From the human T2T-CHM13v2.0 reference genome, Homo sapiens: a DNA stretch of 64,000 nucleotides. Below the pieces are notes generated by a model that worked only from the letters and a program-made list of their open reading frames with translations, was not told where the DNA came from and searched no databases. Positions within the stretch are counted from its first letter, which is position 1; every line of letters begins with the position of its first letter. The DNA lies in assembly GCF_009914755.1 (NCBI RefSeq), contig NC_060928.1, one strand, 5' to 3'. The position numbers and the translations under genes are program-made. Below are positions 60,551 through 64,000 of the stretch, piece after piece.

Positions 60551-61283
60551 GTTATGTTTACACTACCCTGTAGTCTATTAGGTATGCAATAGCATTATGT
60601 CTTTAAAAAAACGTGCATGCCTTAATTAAAAAATGCTTTATTGCTAAAAAAAAAAAAAGGCAAACCATCACCTGAGCCTTCAGCAAGTCGCAGTTTCTGC
60701 TCATGGAGGCTCTTGCCTCAATGTTGATTGCTGCTGACTGATCGATCATGGTAGATGTTGCTGAAAGTTGGGGTGGCTGTGGCAATTTCTAAATAAGACA
60801 ACAATAAAATTTGCTATATTAATTGACTCTTCCTTTCGAGAAAGATTTCTCTGTAGCACATGATGCTGTTTCATAGCATTTTACTCACAGTAGAACTTTA
60901 AAACTTGGAGTCAATCCTCTCAAACTCTGCTGCTCCTTTAGTAACCAAGTTAGAATATTTAGATAATATTTCATAAATATTCTAAATGGTTTGTTGTCAT
61001 TTTGACAATGTTCACAATATCTTCACCAGGAGTAGATTCCATCTCAAGAAACCACTTTCTTTGCTCATCTATAAGAAGCATCTGTTCACGTTCTGTCATG
61101 AGATTGCAGCAATTCAGTCACGTCTTCAGGCTCCACTTCCAATTTTGCCATTTCCACCACATCTACAGTGACTTCCTTTAATGAAGTCTTGAACCCATCC
61201 CCCCAAAGTCATCTATGAGGACTGAAATGAACTTCTTTCAAACTCCTGTTAGTGTTCATATTTTGATCTCTTTTCATGAATGT
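60551..61283 (-). mobile_element. Tigger1 internal fragment (no TIRs retained)
   Basis: gttatgtttacacta ... caccaggagtagattccatctcaagaaaccactttctttgctcatc matches recalled Tigger1 consensus. Confidence 0.85.
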
Positions 61284-61518
61284 CCAGGCAATAGCATGAT
61301 CTCAGCCCACTGCAACCTCCGCCTCCCAGGTTCAAGTGATTCCCTTGCCACAGCCTCCCGAGTAGCTGGGACTACAGGCACGTGCCACCACGCCTGGCTA
61401 ATTTTTGTATTTTTAGTAGAGATGGGGTTTCACTATGTTGGCCATGCTGGTCTCAAACTCCCAACCTCAGGTGATCTGCCCACCTTGGCCTCCCAAAGTG
61501 CCAGGATTATAGGTATGA

Positions 61519-61848
<330 letters not shown>

Positions 61849-62938
61849 TAGCCAGGATGGTCTCGATCTCCTGACCTTGTGATCCGCCCGCCTCGGCCTC
61901 CCAAAGTGCCGGGATTAGAGGGTTGAGCCACCGCACCCGGCCATTTCTGTGCATTTCTATAGGAAACTGGCTAAGCAAGTTCAGAGTCAAAATCCTTAAG
62001 CCACTTCATGGATTTAGGATACAAGAGGAACCTGAAGTTAAAGGACAGAACACCTAAACATACCTCCTGGTGAGACACCTTGCTTTTCTCCCAAACAACT
62101 CAGGCTGGACAGACACAAAGATGTTATGGGGCGGGGCGGTGTGGGGGAGTCAGGCTAGTCCCAGGGAATTGTGGAGAGGAAGAGTCAGGTCTCAGAAGTA
62201 AGCAAGTAGGACCTGATGCCTAAGCAGAGGGCCCTGGGGCTGTGTCCTATAGTAACATGGATGGGGCCAGAGACTGGAAAAGCCCCAGCAGAGAAGAATG
62301 TTTTTCGTATTTTTATCAGGGAGCTATTGACATTGTATATGGACTTGTTCTGCACATTTCAGTATATTTACTATCCCTGCCCTATGCCTACTAAATGCCA
62401 CTAAATCCCGAAGTCACTGTGACTAGAAATGTCATGCACAGTTCCAAATGCCCACTAGGGGGCCTGTATCACCCTTGATTGCCATTTATCACATATTTGC
62501 TAATAAACACACTTCCTGATTAATGTAGTGGGATACAATCGGATATCATAATTAATATTTCTCTTCTTCACAGGTTTTACAGTTTCTCTCCCAACCACCA
62601 GGCATCCCTCTTCACCCACTAAATCAAAGCAATTGGTTGCTTCAGGATAAGGGTGACATAGCCAAGAACGAAGATGACAACTGCGTTTCTGAATGGAATT
62701 TTAAAATCAAAGGTGAAACAGTAGGCTTTTTATTATAAGAGCCAGGTTTTTGTTTTGTTTTGTTTTGTTTTGTTTTGTTTTAAGAGAGGAAACAAGTTTT
62801 CAAAGTTCTAAATAAGTTAGAGCTGGGAGGACTCAGGGCGGAGTGATTATACCATAAACCAAATCATCAGGAGGTATGAAGTTGTTTACCAAAAGAAAAT
62901 AAAAGTTCAACTTGCTGAAAGAGAATCTGAGGGCATGT

Positions 62939-63950
<1,012 letters not shown>

Positions 63951-64000
63951 ATGTGACTAGAATGTAGATGCTGGTAGGTGCCCAGGAAAGAACTGTACCC

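Overview
Human (or great-ape) genomic DNA. The minus strand carries the 5' three-quarters of PRMT9 (PRMT10; TPR plus duplicated SAM-dependent methyltransferase fold). Nine coding exons were reconstructed by hand from GT-AG boundaries (189, 149, 237, 168, 103, 107, 193, 184 and 715 nt; 2045 nt in one continuous frame). They run from a CpG-island promoter at ~37.9-38.6 kb down to 7941, and the remaining exons lie beyond the left edge. The rest is intron and ~25 kb of upstream DNA saturated with Alu, L1, LTR (LTR8, MER21, THE1/MST, MER68, MER41) and DNA-transposon fossils; most short ORFs in the track are Alu/L1 artefacts. I found no new protein-coding or RNA-gene system. The most notable items are: (i) a THE1/MST LTR whose 5-bp target-site duplication is exactly the exon-6 donor GTAAG, creating a second donor; (ii) a series of locally templated insertion, inverted-duplication and fold-back scars (2.9, 9.9, 45.0, 54.0, 57.6, 60.2/61.5 and 63.6 kb); (iii) a MER41B-like solo LTR with two intact GAS motifs; (iv) a ~110-bp tandem duplication abutting the exon-1 donor; (v) a Y1 RNA retrocopy. 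Repeat subfamily names come from recalled consensus sequences and need RepeatMasker/Dfam confirmation.
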